Shown piece by piece: positions 26,340 to 39,399 of a DNA stretch of 64,000 nucleotides; within the stretch, counting starts at the first letter, position 1; each line of letters begins with the position of its first letter. Below the pieces are notes generated by a model. It searched no databases and was not told the DNA's origin. It saw only the letters and a list, made by a program, of their open reading frames with translations. The stretch comes from Geosiphon pyriformis uo1 (Eukaryota; Fungi; Glomeromycota), in assembly GCA_016748015.1 (NCBI GenBank), contig JAAOMT010000786.1, positions 64,050-128,049 of the forward strand. The letters run 5' to 3'. The translations under genes and the position numbers were made by a program.

Positions 26340-28622
26340 TTTTTTTTTTTTTTATTATTATTATATTTTAACGAGCGAGACCCAAATACCACCTAAACTA
26401 TGATACCACAGAAGAGATTACATTATAGGCGTAAATCATGGGTTTTCTACATGTGATCAGACACTCGGCCCAATCAAGGACTCACTACGCTGAATCAAAA
26501 GTAGGTGGAAATAATTCCAACTCATGAATTCTCTCAATGATACCATTCAGATTCCTAGAGTCAAAAATAAACTTACTAAGAAACAATCTAGTAGACTCAA
26601 TATTGCCTCTGGTTTCAGCACCAGACATACGCCACAAAGCAATAACATGCTCAATAGTGTCCTCACTTAAAAAGGAAGGCTTAGCAGCCAGCATACCATC
26701 ATAATCCATATCACCAAAGTCAACCTCAGATCTAAGACAAGCAATGTCCTTGGAGACCCCAACCAAGAGATTAGAAAAATTGTTAGCAGCACTCTTCATA
26801 GAGATGAGATCTTTTTCGACCTGAACAGCCTTAGCAGCATTATTATCAAGAAGATGAGACACCAAAGCAACCAAAGAACCAACAGGCTCAACAATAGACT
26901 TAACCAGAGCAGCCAAATCCGAAATCTGCTTTTCCAAAGAGTCCAATCTAGAACCAACAGCAGGATCAACAACAGAAGCAGCCAAAGAAGCCATCAAAGA
27001 AGGAAACTCAGAAAGACCAGAAGGAGCAGCAGTCTTGGCATATGAAGCAGAACCCACAAAACGAGACCTGAAAACCTTGGGAACCTTGGGAGTGGGGGGT
27101 GAGGAAATCTTGCAATCTATGGCCAGATGGCCCATTTCTTGACACCTAAAGCAGCGCCAGCAGCCAGGAGTTTCCCACCAGATACGGCATTTCCTTAGAG
27201 TACCAGTCTTGACTACAGCAGAATTCAAATCGCTTTGAGAGTCAAATGTAACCAAAGCGAACTGGAAATGACGACCAGAATCAGGAGAACGAGGAATGAA
27301 ACATGTACGACCACCAATCTGAGAAATCATATCACTGATTTCAAAGACAGTACAACCAGGGGGAAGGTTGACCAATTTGGCCTTAAACTTATCACAAGAC
27401 AAAATAGTCTCATTTTGATTTACCAGAGGGAGGATTCTAACACTATCCTTACCCACCAAGATTGACCAATGCTTCAAGGCAGACACAGCAGAGTCCAACT
27501 TTTCAAAATAAACCACCACATACTGCCAAATGCCAGCAGGCTTCAGCACAACACAAGCAATACTACCAAACACACTGAGAGCCAACTTAATGTCAGCAGC
27601 AGACACACCCAAAGATACATTACGCAGCACAACAGCAGCAGAAGAAGAACCAAATTCAGAAACCACCAAAGACTTGGCAATTTTGAGGGTGGCCAAACAA
27701 ACAGAGCTTGTGAGCTCAACCAGAAACGCAGCTTCTAAAGACTGTTGAGAAGCAAACTCTACACAGAAAAGCTTCACATTGTCTTTTGAAACAGATTTGG
27801 CACCCAAAAAACCATGTACAGACTGAAAAACAGTCTTAACATGAGCCAATTTGGTCTTGAAAGTAGCATCAGGCACCAGAGTGGAGGCCACCCACCCAGT
27901 AAACCTTTGACGACTAGTAATAGTTTCCCAAGCACCACCAGAAGTAGCACCAGAAACTAAAGGAGGAGATGAATCAGTTTCCATTTGATCAGCCCAGTTT
28001 CCAAGAACAGGTGACCCAACAGAAGAAGATTGTTTTGCTTCTAAAACCAGCAATAATCTGCCGGAAGACACCACATTTGGCAACACAGCCAGTGGTTGAT
28101 CTTGGCCCATCTTGGATGACGTTGCCGGATGATGCTATGGAGATCTCATTGGGAACCATAAAGGGGTTCGGTGTAACAATAGCAGAGGCAAATGACTGCC
28201 CTCACTTTTCTGAACTTCTGGTCTTTTTGACCATTTTTTTTGAAGAGGTGTTGCTAAAAGCACCAGGTGTTGAATCTATAGAGGGGAAGACCAGCTTATT
28301 CACTGGTCTATTATTAAAAACTTTTGGGCTCTTGGTTGGGGTGGAGGCAACACTGGAACTAACCCAGGTGTGTCTCTTTGAGGGAACTTTGACTGGTGAG
28401 AAACCAGCCAAAGATGAAGAAGTTGCTTTAGTGGCTACTAAAGGCAGCTTTTCACAATTACTGAGTAAGGAGAAGGCTTCTAAAACATTTTGCCTAGTTG
28501 CTTCTACAACAGAAAGAGCTCCTCTGGTTGCAATTTTATTAGATATCTTAGGACAGATATCAGGTGCAGCCTTTTTACTCTTAGCTCTGGTCGTGGTCAT
28601 AAAATTAAGGAGACAAAGAGTC
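26340..28622 (-). mobile_element. ORF1-only non-autonomous retroposon, copy 1 (near full length)
   Basis: Short 5' UTR and one ORF of about 700 aa (28600-26485; one W>stop at 28202 and a 1-nt insertion near 28123). RRM-like blocks, knuckle CFRCQEMGHLAIDC, coiled coil. The stop is followed directly by the LINE-type tail and poly(A)/(TAA)n. No RT. Confidence 0.85.
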
Positions 28623-28959
28623 TTACAAATTATTCATTAACTTTTATTTTTATATTTTGTTGGATTTTTTAATTTTATTAAAATGCTTAATAATTTATAA
28701 ATTTATATTATTTATAATAAAAATATTTTTTTTAAAACCAAATTATTAAAAGTTATAAAAAACTAAATACTGCTTTACAAAAACACTTCTTTTAAATAAA
28801 AAAATTGAACAGTTTTAATAGCTAAAAAACACTATTTTTGTTTTTGGTTGAAAGTTTTTTTTTAAATTTTTTTTAAAACAGCTTATTAAGAGTAATTTTA
28901 ATTCATAAAAAACCAAAAGTTTTAATAAATTATAATTAAAAAAAATAATTATTATTTTG

Positions 28960-30975
28960 TTTTTAATTATTATTATTTTTTTATTAAGTTTAATGAATAT
29001 GGCTTAACTACTATCTAGTACTTTGAAACAAATTAAGTATTCTAAACTAAGTATAATTCATGTATTTTCTACATATAATTAGCTATTTAAGCCAATTTAA
29101 ACTATGTTATATTGTTATAATAGAAGTAAACTTACCCAAAACTAATATTTTTTGAACTAGATTAAATAATTTAACATTACAAAAGATCAATCCAACCACT
29201 TATTTAGCTGTTTTTAAAAAATCAGTTTTAATACTATTAGATTTATGTGTTTAAAAAGATATTAAATTAGAAAATATATTATCATTAATGTCAACTAAAA
29301 GATTTAAATTACCAAACATGTCAATCTTATCTATATAGCACTTTTTTTTAACAAAATTACTTCTTTTCTCAACTTACTAACAACTTTGCTAAAAAAATTC
29401 AGATGAATTATAAGTTTATTAATTTTAAAACTAAGAATACTATTCAAAACCAGATTATTTTTAATAAACTGTTTAAACATAGTAATCAAAAAACTGACAG
29501 ACTTAACAATTAACCCAACCAATACAAAAAGTTTAATTAAATTAGATTTCAAAAAAGACAACCAAAATAGCACTAAAAAATTATTAACAATAGCAAAAAA
29601 AAAGACAAAAGTTGTCAGAAATGAAAACTCAAAAAAGCTTAAAGAAACAGAAGCTTTAACATAAGACTTAAAGCTTATAAAATATGATATAAACATCTTA
29701 AAAGCCTTGAAAAAAGAAAATAAAAACATTTTATAATTTACAGCCAAATAATCTACTTTTTAACACCTAAAACAATATCAACAGCCAGAGATTTTTTATT
29801 AAATGTAATATTTTTTAGTATATTAATTTTGTTTACAGCAATATTTAAATCCACTTGAGATCCAAATGTAATCAGAGCAAATTGGAAACAATGACCAGAA
29901 TTAGAAGAGTGAAAAATAAAGCATGTCTGATTACCAACTTGAAAAATTATATCACTAATTTTAAAGACAGTACAACCAGAAGAAAGATTAATTAACTTGG
30001 TCTTAAACCTATTATAAAATATAATAATCTTATTTTAATTTACTTAAAAAAGGATTTTAATACTATTTTTATTCATTAAAACTGACTAATAATTTAAAGT
30101 AGATACAATAAAGTTCAGTTTCTTAAAATAAACAATTACATATTGCTAAATACCAGCAGACTTTAAAACCATATAAACAACTTTACCAAACACATTAAAA
30201 GCTGTTTAATATTAGCAGCAAACATATTCAGAAGCATATCATGCAGTACAATAACAGCAAAAAAAAACCAAACTTAGAAATCACCAAAAACTTGTAATTT
30301 TAAGAATGATTAAATGAATAAAACTTGCAAGTTCAACCAAAAAAACAGCTTTTAAAAACTTTTAAAAAGCAAACTTCATGTAAAAAAGCTTTATATTGTC
30401 TTTTAATACTAATTTAATATTCAAAAAACCATATACAGACTGAAAAACAGTCTTAAAATAGGCCAATTTGATTTTAAAAGTAGCATTAAGCACTAGAATA
30501 GAAGTTATTTATTCAATAAACCTTTGATAACTAAAAATAGTTTTTTAAGTATTATCAATAACAGTACTAAAAACTAGCAAAAAAGATAATTTAGTTTCTA
30601 TTTGGTCAGCCCAGTTTTTAAAAACAGATAACTCTATAAAAAATAGTTGTTTTGCTTCTAAAACTAGTAATAATCTGCTAGAAAACACCATATTTAACAA
30701 TACAGTCAGTAATTGATCTTGGCCTATTTTAAACAATATGCTGGATAATACAACAGAGATTTCATCTAAGATTTTATTAAAAATTACAAAAAAATTTGAT
30801 GTAATAATAGCAAAAACAAATAACTGTCTTTACTTTTTTAAAGAAATAATATTAGTATTATTAAATATAAAAACTATAAAAAGAAAAACCAGTTTGTTAA
30901 CTGGTCTGTTATTAAAAACTTTTGGGCTTTTAGTTGAAATAAAAACAACACTAGAATTAACTTAAGTATGTCTTT
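28960..30975 (-). mobile_element. ORF1-only retroposon, older decayed copy of a second subfamily (5'-truncated)
   Basis: Colinear with 26.9-28.4 kb (GQDQLL..WADQIET..). Different C-terminus and tail variant; A-rich end at about 28960-28990. Confidence 0.75.
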
Positions 30976-33682
30976 CTTTAATGCATTTTTTGCAAAGATT
31001 AAAAATCAATCTAGTTAACAATTTTTTTGTTAGTGTTGTAAAAAATTTCTTGGATTATGATATGTCTCTTAATAACAATTTCTTTTCTATATTTTAGTTT
31101 TCAGGAAACATTCTAATGTTTTTTGTTTTAGAAAATTTTATGTTCTATAATGTTTCTAAATTGTTTAAAAGATTTGGTATTGTTTTGTTGAACAATTATA
31201 TAATAAAAAAGAATTAAATTTTGATTAAAAAAGCTTTTATTGTTGAAAAAAGCTTTAATTATAAGAATTCAATTCCTGTGTGGTTCAAATTAGTATGTAA
31301 ATATTTGGTTAACTTTTTTTGTTGTCTTGTTGTGTAGTTTTTTACTAACAGTTCTTGGCTTTCAAGTATTTTCAGTTTTGGCAGTTTTTCTATAGTGTAA
31401 CAATATCTTTCTAATGTTAATTTGGATGTTATTAATGTTCATATGGATGAATTGCTTAAAAATTTGAAAATACATGAGATAAAGTGTGATGTGGCCATAT
31501 TTTTATTAACTTAAATTTAGATATTAATGTAAAAGTTGGTAGTTTGATTTCTTTTACAATGCCTAAATTACAGATTATTGCTTTAGCTTTGGTATATGCT
31601 CTAGTTGATAATAATATTATAGTATATTCAGATAGCCAGACTGCTTTGAGTGTATATGCTGCTCAATTAAGATTGGTTCTGTCAAATTTTCACAATTAAT
31701 ATTAGATGAAAAGATATAGTGTAGTAAACTTTATTAAAGATAAGAAACTTAATGTATTTTGGTCTAAGGTCAGAAGCCATTTAGGTGTTTCCAATAATAA
31801 GCATGCTAATAAGCTGGCTAATTTAGCTTTATGTTTAAATTTGGTGCTTTTTGTTTTTGTTAGAAAGAGTTATATTAAGATTGATAAAGTGAAAGTGTTT
31901 AGAAATATTTATTATTTTACTTGCAGTGTTTTTAGAGCTATTTATCAAGCTTGCTAGAAAATTAGACCTAAGTCTAATATTATTAGTACAAATATGATTG
32001 AAGATGTGAATTGGAATTGAATTTTATCAGTTTGGCACCCTAATTTATATATAATATCTGGTTTTACAAGTAAATTTACTGCTAATCTGCACTCATATTT
32101 CATAAAGACTTTGTATTATTGTTTACTAGTTGCTGTTAAAAAACACTTGTATAATTAAGCTTATCTTAGTATGTTGTATCTTTATTATAGAAAAATAGAA
32201 CTTCTTGATCATTCATTTACATGTATAATAAATTTTGCTGTTTATAAAGACTCAATTGATTCATATTTAATTTGGTGGGCTTTTATATTAGAATTAAGTT
32301 TATTGTTATTTTATGTTATTTAGTTGCTTTTTATATGTGCTTTTGATCATAAAATGTATATGTCTTTGTATAAAAGTTTTGTTTTTAGAGATTAGTATTT
32401 AGAAGCTTTGTTTATTTTTGGTTGTACTAAGATTGCTAGCAAATTTATTATTAACTTGATAAAAAACTTGGAAGTAATTCATTAAATAGAAGTGTAAATA
32501 GTAAAAGCTAGGTTTAAAGTAATTATGAAAAAAATAAATTTAATTGCAAATAATGATTTATTGTCTCCAGAAGCCCATGAATTTTCGTTATTGCTTTCTA
32601 ATAATATTATTAAATTACTTAGTATTGTTGAAATACTGTTACAAGTGATTATTTGAGATGTTAATACAAATAACAAACCCATAACTTAGTATTTAATAGC
32701 TTGTTAATGTTGGTAATTTCTGAAGTTTTTCATGATTTGAAGATTTTTGGTTAAGTTTTTTGTATAATAAACAGAGATTTAATGATTGTTTCAATACCCT
32801 TCTAAAAGCTTATTCCATGAATTTTTTTCTTAGCTTGATGGCCAGTTTTTTTTGATAAGCTATTTTCAAATTCTGAGTTTTTACTCTTGTTTTTAGATCT
32901 TTTACTAATACTTTTTGATGTTAATAATTTCACATATTAATTTTTTAATTAATTAATAAAACAACAAAGTAAAACAAAAATAAAAATAAAAAAAATAAAA
33001 AAAATTAAGAAATTAATATTCTGTTAATAGTCATAATTAAGAGCTATTGGTCTAATATGATTTCAAGTATTAGATTTTATTAACATAAAGTGCTGATAGA
33101 ATAAAAGTAATGAATTTTTTTAATCAAGCAATAATAATATAGATTCAAATAATAATTGATATTTTATTAATATGTGATTTAATTCCACTTCAAGTTGTAA
33201 AAAACTATCTTTTGAAGAGTGAAATATTAGATAGTTAATTAATTTTAAACTAAATTTTGTCTTTTTTGCTTTTAATATTCTTACTATATATACATAATTA
33301 ATATTATACAAGATTTTTTGGATTTCTTTAATTCTTCTAACCAGAAATTCTGAAATTCTGCAATTTTTTAAAAAAAAGTTTGAAATTTCTCTTTTACTAT
33401 ACTTAATTCTAATTGGCTATTTTATCTTCTTATTAAAAATTTTTAAATTTCTATAAGTAATAGTGTATAGTATTAGTTTTGGTTTTTATAAGTTTTGCAG
33501 TTTTTTTCTGGTATTGATTGTACAATATCTGTTGAAATAATTCTATAGTGTTGTTTTAATTAGCCTAAATAACTGATCATGTATAGAAAATACATGATTT
33601 ATACTTAGTTTAAATCACTTAATTTGATGTATTATGCTAGATAATATTTGGGTCTCACTTATTAAATGATAATAATAATAAT
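30976..33682 (+). mobile_element. LINE ORF2 3' part (RNase H, C-terminus, tail), interrupted by a solo LTR
   Basis: YSDSQTAL..WSKVRSHLGVSNNKHANKLA. Coding resumes at 33463. Tail hairpin at 33576-33598 and (TAA)n end. Confidence 0.85.
32637..33462 (-). repeat. Solo LTR, family 1
   Basis: TGTTAC...GTAATA termini; homologous to 56493-57209; splits a LINE. Confidence 0.85.
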
Positions 33683-35512
33683 TAAATTACTTAAAAAGTT
33701 TAATAATAATTATTTTAAGTTTTAAGATTTTATAAATTAGATTTGATTTAATAAAAAAAACAATTCTATATTATAATTAAAAAAATAATTATTAAAAATA
33801 AACATGTTAAGTATTTTTTTGTTAAGATTATGTAATAATCTCGAAAAATCAGTTAATAAATTATTATAAACAAAAAAAAGTTGTAAAAAATAACAAAAAA
33901 AATAAATCCAAAAAATTCAATTTGTTTTTTATTAAATTAATTTTCCACAAAAAAGACAATTTAAAAGAAAATTTTCTTCAAAAAAACATTTTTAAGCAAA
34001 TTTTTTTTAAATTAACACAAAATAAAACTTTAAATATTTATTATAACAATAATTTTTTTTAACTTTTTTAAATATGTTATTTCTAATTTTTTTAAAAAGT
34101 TTTTATTATAATAAATTGTTTTTAGTTTTGAACAATTATTTATTTCCAATTTTTTTAAATATTAAAACCAACAAATAAATTTTTAAATTAAATTTTAAAC
34201 AATTCTTAATTATTAATTTTTTCAATTTTAAATTATTAATATTAATAAAACTAAGTTTAAAAAAAGTTTAAATTATTAATTTATTTATTATTTAATTATA
34301 ATTAATATTAATTAAAATTAATAAACTCTATTTTTATAAAAAAAATATTATTATTTATATATATTTGTATTTTAATTAAAAGATAAAAGTTAATATAATA
34401 TTTATTTAAAAAATTAAACTTTTTAAATAAAAATAACAAGAAAAAATAACAAATAACAAATAATAAAGTATATTACAGTTAGGGAGATTTCCTGATTTAT
34501 CAATGGAAATCATTTTTTTTATGATAGTAAAAAAAATTAGAAAAGCTTTTAGAAACAATTATAGAACATTAAACAAAATTTCTAAAATATTACAATATTC
34601 AATTACTCTTCTTTTTTATAAGCTACCACTATTATTAAAAAACAATGATAGAACTATTATATCTGGCTTGTTGTTTGCAGATATTATGAGAGTTTTAATA
34701 ATAGTTAACATATGGTATAATACTACTGCTCTTAGTGCTTTGAAAACTGGTAGTGCTTCAGAGACTGGTAATGCTTTAGAGACTGTTATTGTGAATATTG
34801 ATAAAGTTACTTTAGATCAAACTTTGGCTAATAAAATTACTTTTTCTTCATATTGGAAGAAAATATTAACAGATCTACAAGCAAAAATAATGGCCCAATA
34901 GGATTCTTCAGAAACAAGTTTGTTAATGGGATATTGCTTAAACAAATCAATTACGAATGAAGTTTGAATTTATTTTTTTTTAAGAAGAGAAATATGACCA
35001 GTAATAAAACTCAAGGCATAAAAATTCTGATATATACTCAATAAATATGTTTTTATACTAAATTTGGCATTCATGATTAAAAAAGGGCTCTATACTAACA
35101 ATTATATTCATTATTTAACCAATATTTAGTATTAGTAAGTAAATGTTTGACTGATAGTTTTAAAGATGTATTAAAAATTAACTTTTTTGGAACAAATAAA
35201 TCTGTGTTAAATGCTTTTCATAATCCAAACATAATCATGCAAAATAGAGATTCAGATCTAGACTTAACATATCATGTTTTAAAAATGGGTATATATAATA
35301 CAATAGTAGTATTGGCACTAAGTCCAATCTTGATGGTTGATAAGATTTTTGTATATAATCCAAATTCTTTAGCTTGTGGAAAATATTGCAAATAAGAGTT
35401 AATAGAAAGAAGTAACAAAAGGCTATATATTAGAAATTATTACTATTAAACAATTGGCAATAATTGTTATTAAAGCTCTATAAAACTTATTCAGTGGTTT
35501 TTTTTTTAACAG

Positions 35513-36378
35513 TGTTATGGTTTAAGAATTTAGCAAAAAGAATCATAAAAATAATACAAACTATTCAATCATAATATAGCACAGTAATAATCTTAGAAAG
35601 GTAATGATTAACATAGTAGCAAACACCATCTCGCGATAGTGACAAGCACCAGTTCACAATAGCAGCCAACACCAACTGGTGATAGCAGCAAGCACCAGGT
35701 TGAAATATCAAAAAGAAAGTATTTTCTTGTAAAACTACAAACATGTATATATACAGTAGTTTTAATATTGGGAAAGAATCAATCAAGTAATAAAAATCAT
35801 AACTTATCAAGCAATAGATCCAATTTTATCCAACAAACTCCACTTTAAATCATACTTTCAAATTAAATATCCCAAGAAACCTTTAAAATCAAAAAGAAAT
35901 GAAAAAGAATATTTAAAACTGAACTATCACAACCCAAAGTATTAAAAAACTTACTTGTATTATTTATTGAATGAAACTATCATTCATTAACTGAATCCCT
36001 TGGAAGAATAATCCTTGATCAAGATTATTCACGTTGTTACTAATTGATAAAAGCTTTATTGTGAGAATTAGAAAAGCGCTAAAGACCATTAACATTCTGT
36101 GTTTCTAGATTAGAGAAACACATCAGGCAATTGCAAGGATAGCCTCAGAGAAGACCCCAGACAGTGGGTAGATTTCAGTTCAGCCTCTGAGAAGGAGTAC
36201 ATAAACACACAAAACAATCAAGAATTAAAGAATAACTTACATCATAACAGTAAAAAGAAAGCCTTCAGTGTAACAGTGATACTATCACACAAATAGAATT
36301 GAGGAACTCACGAAAGACTGATTGCAATTAAAGCGGGATATCAGCAATTAAATATAACAAGAAAACCATCCCATAACA
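35513..36378 (+). repeat. Solo LTR, family 2, with 4-bp TSD ACAG
   Basis: TGTTAT...ATAACA flanked by ACAG at 35509-35512 and 36379-36382; reverse-complement match to 42952-43830. Confidence 0.92.
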
Positions 36379-36859
36379 ACAGCTAATAGATATCTTAACT
36401 GTGTGTTTAAATAATAGAACTGGATGGAGTTTAGGATCCCACAAGACATGTATCAATAAAAAAGTCTGACTTATAATCTTTATATTACAACTCTGGACAA
36501 AAATCTTGCCAAGTATTACATTAAACAATATAAGTATTAGTGCTATAATAACTGTGATTTATATTCCATACAATTTCTGGACTGCATATATCAAAATTAT
36601 TATCCATTATAGAAACAATTGTATTATGAACATTGAGTTTATAATTAATACCTTCAAAAATACAAGCATTGTATATTAACTGATTATAGTTTTAATTATA
36701 AATAGTAATATACCCAACTTAATATAAACAAAACTGTACATAATATAATATATTTTTAACTTCTTAAAAGATATTTATTAGGCTGTTATATAATTAATTT
36801 AATAAGCTTTGAAAACATGATTACTTAAAAGAGATATTAGAGAGTTAATAATAAATAAT

Positions 36860-39300
36860 ATTTGTGATTTTATTAACAGATTTATATTTTTAATGATCTG
36901 CTTCTTCATTTGTTACTGAAATTGGTTTCCAAGTACTTAACAATGTTTTTTTAATTTGCTTTGCTTTAAAAAAGTTTATTTTTTTCATTCATGCAATTTC
37001 ACTGAATTTTTTCATTTTTTTACTTAATATCTATTTATGACCAATATTATAAAAAACACAATTAGAAACATTTGGATTTACAAACTGTGTTTTTCTTATT
37101 TGAACTTAAAATTGATTTGATTTAGCAATAAAACTAGGACATATACAAGACCTGTATATTTCACTTTTAGAATATCTGATAACATTAAAGAGATTAATAT
37201 ACAATCTTTCAAATTTAATATAATTATGTACTGCAATTTTCCAATGTCATTGTAAAAGTGTAGAAAAAATCAATAATTTGAACATTTTATTAATTTCTTC
37301 AAGTATTACATCATGGCTTTGATGTTGATTTGAAAGTTTAGATTAAGAAATTACAATTTTTTTTGAATCAGCTTGCAAACTTCAGACTTCAATCATAGCC
37401 ATTGTTCTTTATTAGCAATTTCAATTAATTGGTAAATAAGATAGTGCCAAGCAGACTAAATTGGTATAAACATTTGTCTAGTTACAAGTCTTAATGAAGA
37501 CCTATTGAAACAAACTTTAGTGTAAAAGTTAATAATTGCTTGTAAATAAAAAAAGATTTGTTTATACTTTAACTTGAACATAGAATCTGTTTTATTTTGG
37601 GCTTATTTTAAATAACCTTCAACAAATAGATTTTCTTTAGAAACAACATATGGCCACATTAATTCGAAAGTCATTGCATGTTTATATATATTACATATCA
37701 AATTCTATGACTTATAATGATCAGAACATTTTTTAAAAAACTGCAGTTGATTTTTATTCTGATATTTTTGACATTATGCAAAGTATTTTATATTGATATT
37801 TCAATTCAGTTCAACAAATGTTTTTAGCATATTCATCTCTTTATAAAGAAAATTTAGAACCAATATAAGTTAAGGAAAGTTTTTTTTAATTGTTTGTACA
37901 TGATGATAAAGTACTTCATTATATGTTACTACAATCCATTTGTGGCTATTATTTTTAATGTTAAATGGTTCTTTAATATGCTTAAAAACCTTTTGAATAT
38001 TGGCAATTGAGTTTGAATTTATGGTTATTAGATCAGAAACATATAATTGTGACATATAAACTTTAATTTTCAAATACAATTGTGTATTTTCAAATGTGTG
38101 AGAATAAGAAATAAGTTTTTTGAAAATATTAGCTGATTCATTCAATTGATTTATCTTGGTAATTGTTGGTAATTTGTTACAGTATACAGAACAAACTTGC
38201 TTTTTATTATCAATGTTAGATAATTAACAAGCTGAACATTTTTTTAAAAAACCAATTTGGCTTTGATGTTATATTAATTTATTAATCATATTTGTTTCTT
38301 GACTTTTTTTCACACAAAGCTTTTCTAAAATAATAGTAAGATAATTAGTAAGTTTTTTATAAATTTCATTTATCATACTTGAAGTTAAAGAAAATAATTT
38401 TTCATATTCCTTTTTGGGAAGTTTAGAATATAACTAAGAATCTATATTTTGAATATTATTAATTTAATCATAATTAAAAGCAACAAAACTTATAATGATA
38501 TTGAATATAACTGTATTATATTCATGATTTAAGTAATTTTTTTGACTTTTTTGTTTATTGTCAAAAACTAAAAATAAAAATTCTTTGAGAAGCTTTAATT
38601 GTTTTATACCCAAATTTTCTAACTAGTTAGTAAAATTTTTATAGAAATTAGAATTTATAATATAATTATCAATATTAATGACTATTTTCGATCTTACTAC
38701 TAAATATTTAATTGCTGAAGTGGCTAAATTAATAGTAAAAACATATTTTAAGTGCCTTAATTCATATATAACATCAACTGTTATAGTACACTTAAAAAGC
38801 TTTTTCCCTTTATTTTGATATTCATCTTCATTATAAGTAAGAATTTCAATAAATTTTACAATGACTGGATTTTGTTTTGTAAGTCATGTTAAAAGACAAT
38901 ACTCTAAAAAACTATCTAGACTAAAATGGTCATAATTTTTTTTCAAATTTATTATATTATTATACAAATTATCTCGTTTTTTTTTGGTGATTTCTATTAT
39001 AAATTTAATATAACCTTGTTAATTATTAAATGCTTCACTTAATTGCTTCTTTAATATTATATTTTCAGATAATAATTGCTGATTGATATCTTTTAGCTTT
39101 TGTATTTATTTTATATACTTTATATATTGAATCTGACAAGAATACTTGAACTTTAAAATCAGAAAAAGTTTTTTCTAATTCTAATAACTTGTTATTATTA
39201 GAAAGTCTTGGTTTTTTTCTTTCTTTTTTTAAATCTAAAAAAGTTAAATTATTTGATTTAGTAATTTATTTAATAAAAGACTTTTTAACAACAATCTGAT
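36860..39300 (-). pseudogene. DUF6589-like large ORF (many stops)
   Basis: The order FDN ... (C)DG-like ... HEEMNML ... DxxxEEIN resembles the DN/GD/H/DxxxExxN pattern I associate with DUF6589. Assigned from memory; no search run. Confidence 0.5.
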
Positions 39301-39399
39301 TATAATGTCTTTTACATAAAAAATAATTGTTTAAAGAGTCAAATAATATAGTTAATCTAAGAAAATACTTAGTTATTTCTGTTATTTTTTTTATTACAA

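Noticed and set aside
27969-28640. Long antisense ORFs over the retroposon N-terminus (also 58401-58916)
   Set aside because: Shadow frames of a low-complexity ORF1; start and stop are not conserved between copies.
33690-34470. MITE or origin-like element in near-pure A/T tracts (also 25940-26330 and 28640-28960)
   Set aside because: No reliable TIR or TSD; inverted matches are expected by chance at this composition.
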